Shown: one piece after another, positions 49,692 through 60,229 of the stretch | Layout: each line of letters opens with the position of its first letter | How positions within the stretch are numbered: the stretch's first letter is position 1 | DNA from: Dongiaceae bacterium | GTDB lineage: Bacteria; Pseudomonadota; Alphaproteobacteria; SHNJ01 | Direction of reading: 5' to 3' | Length of the DNA: 64,000 nucleotides | Assembly (NCBI GenBank): GCA_050182275.1 | Contig: JBFXCK010000001.1 | Span: 128,096-192,095 of the forward strand | Notes under the pieces: model-generated | Told to the model about the DNA's origin: nothing | Database searches by the model: none | The model's input: only the letters and a program-made list of their open reading frames with translations | Translations under genes and position numbers: made by a program

Positions 49692-51417
49692 ATAATTTTT
49701 CGACGTCTTTTAATTCCAATGAAATAAAAGTCGGCCGGCCATGATTGCATTGGCCGCCATTCGGTGTTTGCTCTAATTGGCGTAAAAGCGCGTTCATCTC
49801 GGCGATATTTAATTTCCGCCCGGCCCGCACGCTGCCATAGCAGGCGAAAGTGGCGCACAAACGCTCGAGATTGTGTTCCAGCAACAGGCTTCCGGAAAAC
49901 TCTTCGATTTGCGCGGCTAAATCTTTAATCAGGCTGGCGACATCGCTATCGCCCAAAATTGCCGGAATTTCACGCACCAAAATAGTGGTATTGCCAAATC
50001 CTTCCAAGGCCAAGCCCAGCTTGGCGAATTCCTTTTGGTGTTCGCACAAAAGAGCGGCTTGCGCTTTATCAATTTCGATAACTTCAGGAATCAATAATAA
50101 TTGCCGCGCTGCCCCCTGTTTTATTAAATCGGCCTTCATTTGCTCATGCACAATGCGTTCATGGGCGGCATGCTGATCGACCAAAATAAATCCGCCCTTA
50201 CTTTGCGCCAGGATATAAGTTTCATGCATTTGCGCCAGCGCTGCGCCCAAAGGATATTCCACCGCGGCCGGAACCGGCGCCTCTTCATAGCGGGCTTGCG
50301 GCGCGCCCAAATCGCCGAAAGATAAATTTTGCTCTTGCAGTACGCCCGTGACAGGAACGCGGCTATAAGGCCTGGCATATTCTTGCAGGCGGGTGACCGA
50401 CGATACGGGGCTTTTAATATCGCTTTTGCCCAATGCTTCCCGGATTGCGCCGATCAAAAGCGAGCGAACCCCGGCGGCATCATGAAACCGCACTTCCGTT
50501 TTGGCGGGATGCACATTGACATCGACATAATCGGCCGGAATATCGAGATACAGCGCGGCATAAGGGTAACGGTCGCCCGCCAGAACATCTTGATAAGCAA
50601 CCTTAATCGCCGAGGTGAGCTGTTTATCTTTAATTGCCCGGTTATTAATGGTCAGAAAAATCGCCAAACTGTTGGCGCGGTTTAAAGTCGGAATGCTAAC
50701 GGCGCCCTGCAGGCGCATAAAGCCGCGCCCAGCATCGATTTTGACGCTGTTTTTAATAAAAGCGTCACCCAGAATTTGGCGGATGCGCGCTTCGCGCTGC
50801 AATTCGGCGGAAGAAGATTCAACCGCATATTGCGCGGTTAATTTGCTGTCTTCCATCAAAGTAAAACGGATAGAGGGATGAGCCAGCGCCATACGCTTGA
50901 CGGTTTCGATAATTTGCGCCGCCTCATAGGCGCTGCCGCGCATGAATTTAAGCCGGGCGGGGGTAGCAAAAAACAAATCGCGTATCTCAACTAACGTGCC
51001 GGGCGCGCCGCTGGCGGGCTGAACGGGCGATTTTTCCCCGCCGGTGACTTGAACACGGTAGGCCGAATCGCCATCAATGGTGCGGCTGGTGATGGTAAGG
51101 CGGCTAACAGCGCCCATGGCGGGCAACGCCTCGCCGCGAAAACCCAAAAACGGAATGCTGCTAAGATCATCGAGGGGCAATTTGGAAGTCGCGTGGCGTT
51201 CCACCGCCAGTTCCAAATCATCGGCATTCATGCCGCGGCCATCATCGCGCAGGCTTAGATAGCTTAAGCCGCCGTCCTGAAAGCGGATTTCTATATGTTG
51301 GGCGTTAGCGTCAATCGCGTTTTCGATTAATTCTTTGATGACCGAGGCGGGGCGTTCCACCACTTCCCCTGCCGCGATTTGATTAATCAGGGTCGGCGGA
51401 AGCAGGCGGATGGTCAT
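49678..51417 (-). CDS. mutL: DNA mismatch repair protein MutL.
   Basis: GHKL ATPase N-terminus (IAAGEVVERPASVIKELIENAIDA) plus a C-terminal dimerisation domain. 579 aa. Confidence 0.95.
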   Translation of the reverse strand: MTIRLLPPTLINQIAAGEVVERPASVIKELIENAIDANAQHIEIRFQDGGLSYLSLRDDGRGMNADDLELAVERHATSKLPLDDLSSIPFLGFRGEALPAMGAVSRLTITSRTIDGDSAYRVQVTGGEKSPVQPASGAPGTLVEIRDLFFATPARLKFMRGSAYEAAQIIETVKRMALAHPSIRFTLMEDSKLTAQYAVESSSAELQREARIRQILGDAFIKNSVKIDAGRGFMRLQGAVSIPTLNRANSLAIFLTINNRAIKDKQLTSAIKVAYQDVLAGDRYPYAALYLDIPADYVDVNVHPAKTEVRFHDAAGVRSLLIGAIREALGKSDIKSPVSSVTRLQEYARPYSRVPVTGVLQEQNLSFGDLGAPQARYEEAPVPAAVEYPLGAALAQMHETYILAQSKGGFILVDQHAAHERIVHEQMKADLIKQGAARQLLLIPEVIEIDKAQAALLCEHQKEFAKLGLALEGFGNTTILVREIPAILGDSDVASLIKDLAAQIEEFSGSLLLEHNLERLCATFACYGSVRAGRKLNIAEMNALLRQLEQTPNGGQCNHGRPTFISLELKDVEKLFKRR

Positions 51418-52685
51418 GCGGCAAACCCTTTTTCCATTAACGCGCGGGTGATCGCTTTACCTTCTTCGACCGCCGGCTGGCTGAAAGCGTCAACCCCTAA
51501 TAATTCGGCGGTTAAAATAGTTTCCAGCATGAAATGCATTAATAATGCGCCAAAACAATGTTCGTTGATTTGGGGGCAGTGAATTACCCGCACCGGGCGC
51601 TCGGCTTTAACCATAGTTTGAATAGTGGCCTGTTGTTCGGCCGCCAGCAAGTCACCCATTCGTTTATTTTTGAAGTAACCAAGCCTGGCGTCTTCCGGCA
51701 GGCGGGAATCAACCAAGGGGCCGGATCCCGCAATTTGACTGGTGATTATGGTATAAAATTTATCATTCGGCCCATCTAAGTATAATTGTAATTGGCTGTG
51801 CTGATCGACGGCGCCCAAAGCGTCGATCGGCGTTAGGCCCTTACCGTTTTTACCCAAGCTTTCGGCCCATAATTGCCGGTGCCACACCGCTAAATATTTA
51901 AGCCGGTCGATATAGGGCATTATCACAGTTTGACTAACCCCATGCTGTTGGTTCAGCAGCATGGTAAAAACAGCGCCCTGAAAAGCGGGCAGGGAGGAAT
52001 CGCCTTTTTTGGCTTCATCTAAAACCGCCTTGGCGCCTTGGCGAAGCGCGGCCGCATCCAAGCCGGCCAGAAGCGCCGGCAGCATGCCGACATTGGAAAA
52101 TACCGAAAACCGCCCGCCGATTTGGGGATGATGCTCGATTATCGTTAGCTTTAATTTCTTGCCTAGCTGCCGCAATGGGTTTTCGGCGGGTTCGGTTAGA
52201 AGCGTGATATGCTGGGTTAAATCCTGATCTTTCAGCCAAGATAAAATAACTCCGAGCTGACATAAAGTTTCGGCGGTGGAGCCGGATTTAGATATCGCAA
52301 TTACACCTGTTTCCCGCGGGTCGAGTTTGGCAAAAGCCTGTTCGAAAGTATCAGGATCGACATTATCTAAAAAATATAATTTTGGGAAACCGCGCTTAGC
52401 GCCAAAGCCGCGGTTGGCCAAAGCATAAAGCGCTTTACCGCCCAGGGACGAGCCGCCAGTGCCTAGAATCAAAACATTTTTGAATTGACGGTAGTGCGCG
52501 GCCAGCGGGGCAAGATTTTCAAGGTCACCGGTTTTAGTAGCGGCCTCAAAGATCGCCAAAGGTTTTTTATCAAGGCCAGCAGCTAATTTATTTAAAACCA
52601 GAGCCGCCTGGGCCGATGCCGCGGCAAAAGCTTTAGAGGTAGCGGGGTAAAAAGATTCAATTGAAGCGCGAAAGGGCAATGGCAT
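51414..52685 (-). CDS. pgi: Glucose-6-phosphate isomerase (short alphaproteobacterial form).
   Basis: SIS domains with ILGTGGSSLG. The start is probably the MPLPFRASIE methionine at 52685, not the ORF-track start at 52763, which overlaps the upstream lipoprotein gene. Confidence 0.85.
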   Translation of the reverse strand: MPLPFRASIESFYPATSKAFAAASAQAALVLNKLAAGLDKKPLAIFEAATKTGDLENLAPLAAHYRQFKNVLILGTGGSSLGGKALYALANRGFGAKRGFPKLYFLDNVDPDTFEQAFAKLDPRETGVIAISKSGSTAETLCQLGVILSWLKDQDLTQHITLLTEPAENPLRQLGKKLKLTIIEHHPQIGGRFSVFSNVGMLPALLAGLDAAALRQGAKAVLDEAKKGDSSLPAFQGAVFTMLLNQQHGVSQTVIMPYIDRLKYLAVWHRQLWAESLGKNGKGLTPIDALGAVDQHSQLQLYLDGPNDKFYTIITSQIAGSGPLVDSRLPEDARLGYFKNKRMGDLLAAEQQATIQTMVKAERPVRVIHCPQINEHCFGALLMHFMLETILTAELLGVDAFSQPAVEEGKAITRALMEKGFAA

Positions 52686-52707
52686 ATAAAACCTTGAACT
52701 TATAATT

Positions 52708-53289
52708 TTAAAATACGCCTTCCAATAACCCTTTTTTGCGCCGAGAGATAGTGGGAGTTTCACCGGCCGTTGAGGTTAAGCCTTTTTCTTTGTTTTCTTG
52801 CAAACGCTTGGCTTCAGCGGCGGCATCAACCGTTGAGGCCGGAGCCTCCTTGGCCTGCCAGAAAACTAGGCTATCAAGAAAATGCTGGTCTTCTTCAACA
52901 GCTTGTTGAAACTCGCGATCGATGGTGCGGCGGATGTCACCATCGCTTTGCGCCACGCCGGCTTTATTTAGCAGGGCTCCCGTGCCGGGGCTGGTTTCAT
53001 TTGTGGAATTGCTGGCCGGCGCATAATTTTCGGCGGCGCTTAAATTGGCGGCGGCTTTTTCACCGAGCAAGCTTTGCTTAGCTTGATCTTGGCCGGTTAT
53101 TTCCTGGGGGCGCGCGGCGCCAGGCTGTGGCGCGCGCAATTCAAAATTAGGGGGAATGCTTAACGGCGCTCTTGCCATGACTTTGAATTCATCGGGCAAA
53201 GGGCGTTCAATACCAATCATTTGACGGCTTTCACTGCTGCAAGCCGACATAACAAAAATACAGGCGATAAAACTAATTCGACGTAACAT
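52708..53289 (-). CDS. Lipoprotein (DUF3035-like, tentative), immediately upstream of lspA.
   Basis: Lipobox VMSACSS, then a Pro-rich PPNFELRAP segment. 193 aa. Confidence 0.55.
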   Translation of the reverse strand: MLRRISFIACIFVMSACSSESRQMIGIERPLPDEFKVMARAPLSIPPNFELRAPQPGAARPQEITGQDQAKQSLLGEKAAANLSAAENYAPASNSTNETSPGTGALLNKAGVAQSDGDIRRTIDREFQQAVEEDQHFLDSLVFWQAKEAPASTVDAAAEAKRLQENKEKGLTSTAGETPTISRRKKGLLEGVF

Positions 53290-53761
53290 CTAATTTTGAT
53301 CCTTGTCTGGCGGCCAGCCAACTATCGATAAGCAACAGCCCCATTCCTATCACAATTGCGGCATCCGCGATATTAAAGGCCGGCCAATGCCAAGTGCCTA
53401 TATAAAAATCGAAAAAATCGCGCACCGCGCCTAACCTCATTCTATCTAGCACATTTCCGGCCGCGCCGCCAATAACCAGCCCAAGGCCTATAATCGTAAG
53501 GCTTTCCTTCGCGCGATGTAGCCAATTCACCAACACCGCTACAATAATCAAGGCTAAGGCCACCAGCCCATAATGATGTAAATCGCTATTGGCCGGAAAA
53601 AGCCCAAAGGAAATGCCCTTATTTAAAACCGGGGTCAGGCTGAAAAACGGCAAGAGATGAACCGGTTCTCCCTCCCTTAGCAAACGGTCAAAAATCACCC
53701 ATTTGCTGAGCTGATCGGCAAGAAACACTAAAGCGATTGTCATCCAAGCCAGGCGCGCCAT
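53273..53761 (-). CDS. lspA: Lipoprotein signal peptidase II.
   Basis: 162 aa with four transmembrane segments and the conserved FNIADAAI motif. Confidence 0.9.
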   Translation of the reverse strand: MARLAWMTIALVFLADQLSKWVIFDRLLREGEPVHLLPFFSLTPVLNKGISFGLFPANSDLHHYGLVALALIIVAVLVNWLHRAKESLTIIGLGLVIGGAAGNVLDRMRLGAVRDFFDFYIGTWHWPAFNIADAAIVIGMGLLLIDSWLAARQGSKLDVTSN

Positions 53762-56577
53762 TAAATGCTACCCGTTTTTTTGGCCGGCGGCGGTTCAACC
53801 GCCAAGGCTTTTAAATCAACCGCTTCAAGGCAGCGTTTGCACAATTTATGATCTTTGTTGGCTTGGCCTACCTCGGGCAAGATTCGCCAGCAGCGCTGGC
53901 ATTTTTCGCCCTTGGCTTTGTGGGCCACTACGGCAATGCCCGGTACTTCGGGCAAGCGGAAAGAAGAGATTGGGCCTTCTTTGATGATTAGCGCCGCATC
54001 CGATGTAATGCAAATTTCAGCCGCATCTAAATCTTTTAACAAAGCTTCTTGTTCAGCAGTGATGTAAAGTTCGGGATGTGCTTCCAGGCTGGAGCCAATT
54101 CTCCCCTCGCGCCGCTCAATTTCCAAAGCGCCGGTCACAACACGGCGCAAGTCGCGGATTTTATCCCATTTCGCCGCCAAAACATTGTCTTGCCAGATGG
54201 CGGGGATAGCCGGAAAGCTTAGGCTATGAACGCTTCCTTCCGGATCAGCGCCGCGCGCCAAATAAGCTTCCTCGGCGGTAAAACATAAAATGGGAGCAAG
54301 CCAAGAGACCAAGCAATCAAATAAGCGGTCCATCACCGTTCGCACCGCCATGCGGCGCGGATTGTCAGTCGCATCGCAGTATAAACTGTCTTTGCGGACG
54401 TCAAAGTAAAACGCCGATAATTCGGTGGCGCAGAAATTATGGATTGCCGTGAACACTTCATGGAAGCGATAGGCGTTATAGCCTTCCCGCACTATTTTAT
54501 CGAGCTCAGCCAGACGGTGTAGCACCCAGCGCTCTAATTCCGGCATTTTTTTAACATCGATAATCTCGGCCTCGGTAAAGCCTGCTAACGCGCCCAATAG
54601 ATAGCGCAAAGTGTTGCGCAAGCGCCGGTAAAGATCGATGTTGTGCGCCAAGATTTCCTTGCCGATGCGCAAATCTTCCCGGTAATCGCTGCCAACCGAC
54701 CACAGGCGCAAAATATCGGCGCCATGTTCGCCGACCACGCTTTGCGGCGCTACCACATTGCCCAATGATTTCGACATTTTCCGGCCTTCGCCATCCAACA
54801 CAAAACCGTGGGTTAATACTTGCAAATAAGGCGCAGCATCCCGCGTTCCACAGGATTCAAGCAGCGAAGATTGGAACCAGCCACGATGCTGGTCGGAGCC
54901 TTCTAAATATAAATTGGCCGGCCAAGAAAGCTCGTCACGGCCTTCCAGCACAAAACTGTGCGTCGAGCCGGATTCGAACCAAACATCAACGATGTCGTTA
55001 ACCGCGTCATATTCATCCGGTTTGTAATCAGGCTCTAAAAAGCGTTTCGGATCGCCTTTGTACCAGGCATCGGCGCCGTCTTTTTCAAAAGCCGTTGCAA
55101 TACGCTCGATAATCAAGGGATCGCGCAGCAATTCACCGGTTTTGCGGTTTACAAATACGGCGATCGGCACGCCCCAGGCGCGTTGGCGGGAAATGCACCA
55201 ATCGGGCCGCTCGGCGACCATGCTGCGAATGCGGTTTTGGCCCGATGGAGGGAACCATTCGGTTTCCTCAATCGCGCTCAAAGCTTTTTCCCGCAATTTG
55301 TTGGTGTCCATGCTGATGAACCATTGCGGCGTATTGCGGAAAATCAGCGGCGCTTTGGATCGCCAGGAATGCGGGTAACTGTGAGTCAATTTGCCCTTGG
55401 CCAGCAAATGGCCGGCTTTATTGATGGCTTCGGCCACTTCGTCATTGACCTTGTACACATGCTTGCCGGCAAAAAGCGGGACATGCGGATAATAGGTTCC
55501 ATCGCCTTGCACGGTCTCCGGCACTTCGATTTTGAATTTGATGCCAAGATTGCAATCATCTTCGCCATGCCCCGGCGCGATATGCACCAGGCCGGTGCCT
55601 TGTTCGGTCGTCACAAAATCGGCCGGCAGAAGCGGAACGTCGAAATCATAGCCTTGCCCGCGTAAGGGATGAGCGGCGCTAGCGCCTTTTAATTCGGCGC
55701 CCTTGAATTCTTTCAAAATTTTGTGGTTTTCAATCTTGGTATTTTGCAGAAAATTTTCAAGCAATTCTTTGGCGACGATATATTTTTTACCGGCTTCGAT
55801 CAGCACATAAGAAATTTTTTCGCCATAGGCGATGGCGCGGTTGCCGGGCATGGTCCAGGGCGTGGTTGTCCAGATAACGGCCTCGGCGCCGATTAAATCT
55901 TTTTGGGCCGATTTTAAAACCGGGAAACCAACATAAATGGTGGTTGAAGTATGGTCTTGATATTCCACTTCCGCTTCGGCCAGCGCGGTTTTTTCAACAG
56001 GCGACCATAAAACGGCTTTAGTGCCTTTATATAAACCGCCATTAACCACGAATTTCCCGATCTCCCGGTAAATTTGCGCCTCGGCTTTAAAATCCATGGT
56101 GCTATAGGGATGATCCCAATCGCCCTCAATCCCTAGGCGCTTAAATTCCTCGCGCTGGACTTTTAGCCAATGGTCGGCGAATTCGCGGCATTCCCGGCGG
56201 AATTCCAAAATCGGCACTTCGTCCTTGTCTTTGCCGGCGGCGCGATATTTTTCTTCGATTTTCCATTCAATCGGCAAGCCATGGCAATCCCAGCCGGGCA
56301 CATAATAAACATCCTTGCCTTGCATGCGTTGCGAACGGTTAACGACATCTTTTAGAATCTTATTAAGAGCATGGCCAATATGCAGGTTACCATTGGCATA
56401 AGGAGGGCCGTCATGAAGGACGAATTTAGGCTGCCCCTTCGAGGATTCCCGCAGTTTTCGGCTTAACGCCATTTTGTCCCAACGTTCCAACCAGGCAGGT
56501 TCCCGCTGGCCTAAATTGGCGCGCATGGGAAAATCGGTTTTGGGAAGAAAGACGGTATTTTTGTAAAGATCGGTCAT
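53761..56577 (-). CDS. ileS: Isoleucine–tRNA ligase.
   Basis: HIGH motif [19 protein letters not shown] motif, and a C-terminal zinc finger (CQRCW..CKRC). 938 aa. Confidence 0.98.
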   Translation of the reverse strand: MTDLYKNTVFLPKTDFPMRANLGQREPAWLERWDKMALSRKLRESSKGQPKFVLHDGPPYANGNLHIGHALNKILKDVVNRSQRMQGKDVYYVPGWDCHGLPIEWKIEEKYRAAGKDKDEVPILEFRRECREFADHWLKVQREEFKRLGIEGDWDHPYSTMDFKAEAQIYREIGKFVVNGGLYKGTKAVLWSPVEKTALAEAEVEYQDHTSTTIYVGFPVLKSAQKDLIGAEAVIWTTTPWTMPGNRAIAYGEKISYVLIEAGKKYIVAKELLENFLQNTKIENHKILKEFKGAELKGASAAHPLRGQGYDFDVPLLPADFVTTEQGTGLVHIAPGHGEDDCNLGIKFKIEVPETVQGDGTYYPHVPLFAGKHVYKVNDEVAEAINKAGHLLAKGKLTHSYPHSWRSKAPLIFRNTPQWFISMDTNKLREKALSAIEETEWFPPSGQNRIRSMVAERPDWCISRQRAWGVPIAVFVNRKTGELLRDPLIIERIATAFEKDGADAWYKGDPKRFLEPDYKPDEYDAVNDIVDVWFESGSTHSFVLEGRDELSWPANLYLEGSDQHRGWFQSSLLESCGTRDAAPYLQVLTHGFVLDGEGRKMSKSLGNVVAPQSVVGEHGADILRLWSVGSDYREDLRIGKEILAHNIDLYRRLRNTLRYLLGALAGFTEAEIIDVKKMPELERWVLHRLAELDKIVREGYNAYRFHEVFTAIHNFCATELSAFYFDVRKDSLYCDATDNPRRMAVRTVMDRLFDCLVSWLAPILCFTAEEAYLARGADPEGSVHSLSFPAIPAIWQDNVLAAKWDKIRDLRRVVTGALEIERREGRIGSSLEAHPELYITAEQEALLKDLDAAEICITSDAALIIKEGPISSFRLPEVPGIAVVAHKAKGEKCQRCWRILPEVGQANKDHKLCKRCLEAVDLKALAVEPPPAKKTGSI

Positions 56578-56782
56578 TTTGTATACTGTTTCATAAAGGC
56601 AACTACATTAGCCAAATATCCGCCATTCGCCAAGGGTAAAGCTTTCAGGGAGGCGCAGGCATAGTATTTATTTACTTAGGCGCCCTTGTTTTGACATGGT
56701 TGTCAGCGATAAGGCACGAAGGGGTTTTCAATCTTTGAAGACTTACTCTGGAGTTTTGATCTTTTACCAAAGGAGACTAAAA

Positions 56783-57022
56783 ATGCGTTTATTATCTATT
56801 GCTATCGCTTTATTGGTAGCGGTTGCTGTTGCCAGCCCCGCTTTCGCCATGCAACATGGTTCGAAAGCGGATAAAACCATGGAAATGCAAAAAGGCGATA
56901 TGAAGACTCAAAAGAAAGCTGCTCATCAGTCGAAAAAGATGAAGTATCACGCGAAGAAATCGGAAACTTCCCAAAGAGCTAGACTGGAAGGTCCTCGTTC
57001 GATGCAACGTCAAGAATACTAA
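56783..57022 (+). CDS. Small secreted, Lys-rich protein (79 aa).
   Basis: RBS AGGAG 8 nt upstream of the ATG. Signal peptide MRLLSIAIALLVAVAVASPAFA, followed by KTQKKAAHQSKKMKYHAKK. Followed by a strong terminator. Confidence 0.45.
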   Translation: MRLLSIAIALLVAVAVASPAFAMQHGSKADKTMEMQKGDMKTQKKAAHQSKKMKYHAKKSETSQRARLEGPRSMQRQEY

Positions 57023-57048
57023 GATTTTTTAAAAGTATATGAATTGAA

Positions 57049-57077
57049 AGGGCGCTGGTATTCCAGCGCCCTTTTTT
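57049..57077. terminator. Bidirectional rho-independent terminator: GGGCGCTGG-TATT-CCAGCGCCC followed by T6.
   Basis: A perfect 9-bp GC-rich stem with a T-run on the plus strand and an A/T-rich flank on the other side. It lies between the convergent small ORF and ribF. Confidence 0.6.
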
Positions 57078-58011
57078 ATGCCAGCAGTGCCCGCGCTTTT
57101 TGACAATCAATACCGATTTGCCGGCGCAATTCTTCTAAATTATTAAAGCGCGCTTCGGGCCGTAAGTAATGCTGAAAGGCCACTTCCAGTTTTTGACCAT
57201 ATAAATCGCCGGAAAAATCAAGCAAATGGACTTCCAATAATTCCGGCTGCGCCCCGGCGATAGTGGGGCGGCGTCCAAAATTGGCTGCACCCGGAATTAA
57301 TTGAGGAGATCCCGCTATTTTCACCCACACTGCGTAAACGCCATAAGCCGGGCGTAAGACCGCTTTGGGCAGGGAAATATTGGCGGTTGGGAAACCCAGT
57401 TCGCGCCCGCGCTTATCGCCATGGCGCACAAAACCGTTAATATGCCAGGACCGGCCTAAAATATTTTGCGCGGTTTTAACATCGCCGTTCATCAATGCTT
57501 CGCGCACTTTGGTCGAGGAATAAATTTCACCATTGGCCGATGTCACCGGCGGCACAACGGTTAGGCCGAACGCCTTGCCCTCGGCATAATGCTGCAGCAG
57601 CGCGGCGTTACCTTGACGGCGGTGACCGAAAATAAAATCATAGCCAACCACAATATGCCCGGCCCGTAAAACGCCGGTTAAGATTTTTTCTACAAATTCC
57701 ACGGCCGTGACAGAGGCCAGTTGCCGGTTGAAAGGAAGGCAAAATAATAATTCCACCCCCTGTTCTTTCAGCAAGCGGAATTTATCGGTAAAAGTAGTTA
57801 GGCGGAAAGGTGGATCAAGGGGGCGGAAAAATTGGCGCGGGTGCGGTTCGAAACTCATGACCGCTAAAGGCCGGGAAGAACCGATAGCGATTTTTCCGGC
57901 TTCTTGGATAATGGCCTGGTGCCCCAAATGTACGCCATCAAAATTGCCGATCGCCAGAACCGCATCCTGGGCGCTTGAGGGGATTTCATGCAAATGACGA
58001 AACAGCCGCAT
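57076..58011 (-). CDS. ribF: Bifunctional riboflavin kinase / FMN adenylyltransferase.
   Basis: AIGNFDGVHLGHQ N-terminus (FAD synthetase) and a riboflavin kinase C-terminus. Confidence 0.95.
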   Translation of the reverse strand: MRLFRHLHEIPSSAQDAVLAIGNFDGVHLGHQAIIQEAGKIAIGSSRPLAVMSFEPHPRQFFRPLDPPFRLTTFTDKFRLLKEQGVELLFCLPFNRQLASVTAVEFVEKILTGVLRAGHIVVGYDFIFGHRRQGNAALLQHYAEGKAFGLTVVPPVTSANGEIYSSTKVREALMNGDVKTAQNILGRSWHINGFVRHGDKRGRELGFPTANISLPKAVLRPAYGVYAVWVKIAGSPQLIPGAANFGRRPTIAGAQPELLEVHLLDFSGDLYGQKLEVAFQHYLRPEARFNNLEELRRQIGIDCQKARALLA

Positions 58012-58052
58012 AGCACGATTAAATAGCAGTCCGGCCTTTTAAAGGAAAGCTT

Positions 58053-58496
58053 TTAAGCCGCGGCAGCTTTGCTGGGCACCATAATCAAGGCTTCGCCTTC
58101 CAGCACCACCTTGTCATTGACCGAACAGGTGGTGGTGAAGGTTACGCGCTTTTTTTCGGCATTCAGTTCGGCGACCGTAACTTGGGTGCGCACGGTTTCG
58201 CCGATTTTAACCGGCGCCTTGAATTTCAAATTTTGCGATAAATAAATACTGCCCGGCCCCGGCAATTTGGTGCCCAGCACGGCGGAAATAAAACTGGCGG
58301 TTAAAATGCCGTGGGCGATGCGGGTTTTGAACATGGTTTTTTTGGCGTAATCTTCGTTCAGATGAACCGGGTTGGTATCGCCCGAAATTTTAGCGAAGCT
58401 GACAATATCGGCTTCGGAAACCGTGTTGGAAGCAGTGGCGCTCATGCCCACTGTCAGATCTTCAAAATATAAGCCGTTTGTTTCATTAGCCGCCAT
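58053..58496 (-). CDS. MaoC-like (R)-specific enoyl-CoA hydratase / hotdog-fold dehydratase.
   Basis: Hotdog-fold MaoC signature (DTNPVHLNEDYAK..IAHGILTAS). Confidence 0.85.
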   Translation of the reverse strand: MAANETNGLYFEDLTVGMSATASNTVSEADIVSFAKISGDTNPVHLNEDYAKKTMFKTRIAHGILTASFISAVLGTKLPGPGSIYLSQNLKFKAPVKIGETVRTQVTVAELNAEKKRVTFTTTCSVNDKVVLEGEALIMVPSKAAAA

Positions 58497-58657
58497 GGGA
58501 CACCATCCAGAAAAGAGAAATTATAGGAAAGATAAAGCCGCAATCCACTTCCGTATTATAGCCTAAAAGTGAATAATAGCTTAACTATAGTTATCTTTTG
58601 TGGCTTTGTTCACGCTTCTTTTAGTGCTTGGCGGCATAATAAAGAAGGAGAAACGCC

Positions 58658-58930
58658 ATGCGCCAAACCTTATTGTTTTTGATTGTTTTGGGCATATTAG
58701 GCTTAGCCGGTCATCCGGCATTGGCCTTGGCCATTACGCCTGCCGGTGCGGAAAAGGCTGCCGGTATGTCTGGGGCCATTTTTGTCAAATCGGGCAATAT
58801 GTATGATTCGATGAAAAGACTCGGCAATTCCACTCAAAAAACTTTCAATCAATTGGACCGCAAAATGCAACCCGCGCATAAGCCCCCTAAACCTTATACT
58901 AAGCCGGCGAAGCCGAAACGCTATAAATAG
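58658..58930 (+). CDS. Small secreted protein (90 aa) with a Pro/Lys-rich C-terminus.
   Basis: RBS AGGAGAAA. Signal peptide, then a tail KPPKPYTKPAKPKRYK. Confidence 0.45.
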   Translation: MRQTLLFLIVLGILGLAGHPALALAITPAGAEKAAGMSGAIFVKSGNMYDSMKRLGNSTQKTFNQLDRKMQPAHKPPKPYTKPAKPKRYK

Positions 58931-59010
58931 TCCTTTTGCGGGCGCGAGCAAGGGGCATTGCGCCAAATCCCATAATCCGCTTTAAATAGGCTTCTTTTTA
59001 GGAGCCTTTC

Positions 59011-60222
59011 ATGGCAAGTTCCAAAGCCGCTTTTGCCGGCCATCTACAAAATCAATTGCGCGATATTCAGGCCCAAGGCTTATTCAAGCAAGAGCGGGTG
59101 ATCACCACTTCGCAGCATCCGCATATCAAGGTGCAGGGTGAGGGCGGCGAAAAATCCGTGCTTAATTTTTGCGCCAATAATTATTTGGGTTTGGCGAATC
59201 ACTCTTCCCTTATTCAGGCCGCCGAAGCGGCGTTAGAAAGCCATGGCATTGGCATGGCATCGGTGCGTTTTATTTGCGGCACGCAAGATTTGCATCAGGA
59301 ATTGGAAAAGCGCTTGGCCCAGTTTTTGGGCATGGAAGATTGCATCTTATACCCTTCCGCTTTCGACGCCAATGGCGGTTTGTTTGAAACTTTGCTGGGC
59401 GAGGAAGATGCGATTATTTCCGATACGCTTAACCACGCTAGCATTATCGATGGCATCCGCCTGTGCAAAGCCAAGCGCTTTCGCTACGCTAATAACGATA
59501 TGGCGGAATTAGAGGCAAGACTAGCCGAGGCCAAAGATGCCCGCTTTAAATTAATCGCAACTGATGGCGTGTTTTCGATGGACGGCATTATCGCCGATCT
59601 TGAAAAAATTTGCGATCTGGCCGGCCGCTATGGCGCTTTAGTAATGGTCGATGATTGCCATGCCACCGGCTTTTTAGGCAAAAACGGCCGCGGCAGCCAT
59701 GAATACCGTAATGTCATGAATCGCATCGATATTATCACCGGGACCTTGGGCAAAGCATTGGGCGGCGCATCGGGCGGATTTACGGCGGCATCCAAGGAAA
59801 TTGTCGGCTTTTTGCGCCAGCGCTCCAGGCCCTATTTATTTTCCAACGCGGTGGCTCCGCCTTTAGTGGCGGCGGCGATCGCGGCGCTTGATGTGGTGGA
59901 AAAAGACGGCATCCGCCTGCGCGAGCAACTGCAAAAAAACGCCCAGCAATTTCGCGACGGCATGACGAAGCTTGGGTTTACTTTGGTGCCGGGCGAACAT
60001 CCGATCATTCCCGTCATGCTGGGCGATGCCAAGCTGGCGCAAGATATGGCGGCAGCCTTATTGGAGGAAGGGATTTATGTGGTCGGTTTCTTTTACCCCG
60101 TGGTGCCGATGGGAAAAGCCCGCATCCGCACGCAAATGTCGGCGGCGCACACGGCGCAAGACGTAATGCGCGCGGTTGATGCTTTTGGCAAAGTCGGCAA
60201 GCAATTAAAAATCATTCAATAG
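59011..60222 (+). CDS. kbl: 2-amino-3-ketobutyrate CoA ligase (glycine C-acetyltransferase).
   Basis: PLP-dependent class-II aminotransferase of the AONS family, with the lysine context FSMDG. 403 aa, immediately upstream of tdh. Confidence 0.95.
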   Translation: MASSKAAFAGHLQNQLRDIQAQGLFKQERVITTSQHPHIKVQGEGGEKSVLNFCANNYLGLANHSSLIQAAEAALESHGIGMASVRFICGTQDLHQELEKRLAQFLGMEDCILYPSAFDANGGLFETLLGEEDAIISDTLNHASIIDGIRLCKAKRFRYANNDMAELEARLAEAKDARFKLIATDGVFSMDGIIADLEKICDLAGRYGALVMVDDCHATGFLGKNGRGSHEYRNVMNRIDIITGTLGKALGGASGGFTAASKEIVGFLRQRSRPYLFSNAVAPPLVAAAIAALDVVEKDGIRLREQLQKNAQQFRDGMTKLGFTLVPGEHPIIPVMLGDAKLAQDMAAALLEEGIYVVGFFYPVVPMGKARIRTQMSAAHTAQDVMRAVDAFGKVGKQLKIIQ

Positions 60223-60229
60223 GTGATTC

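Noticed and set aside
52686-52763. A pgi N-terminal extension (ORF-track start at 52763) that overlaps the upstream lipoprotein gene by 56 nt.
   Set aside because: The internal MPLPFRASIES start gives a normal-length PGI and removes the overlap, so the extension is probably not translated.
58931-59010. A possible terminator hairpin after the 90-aa secreted-protein gene (GGCGC..GCGCC).
   Set aside because: The stem is only 5 bp with a 14-nt loop and no T-tract. That is too weak to call.
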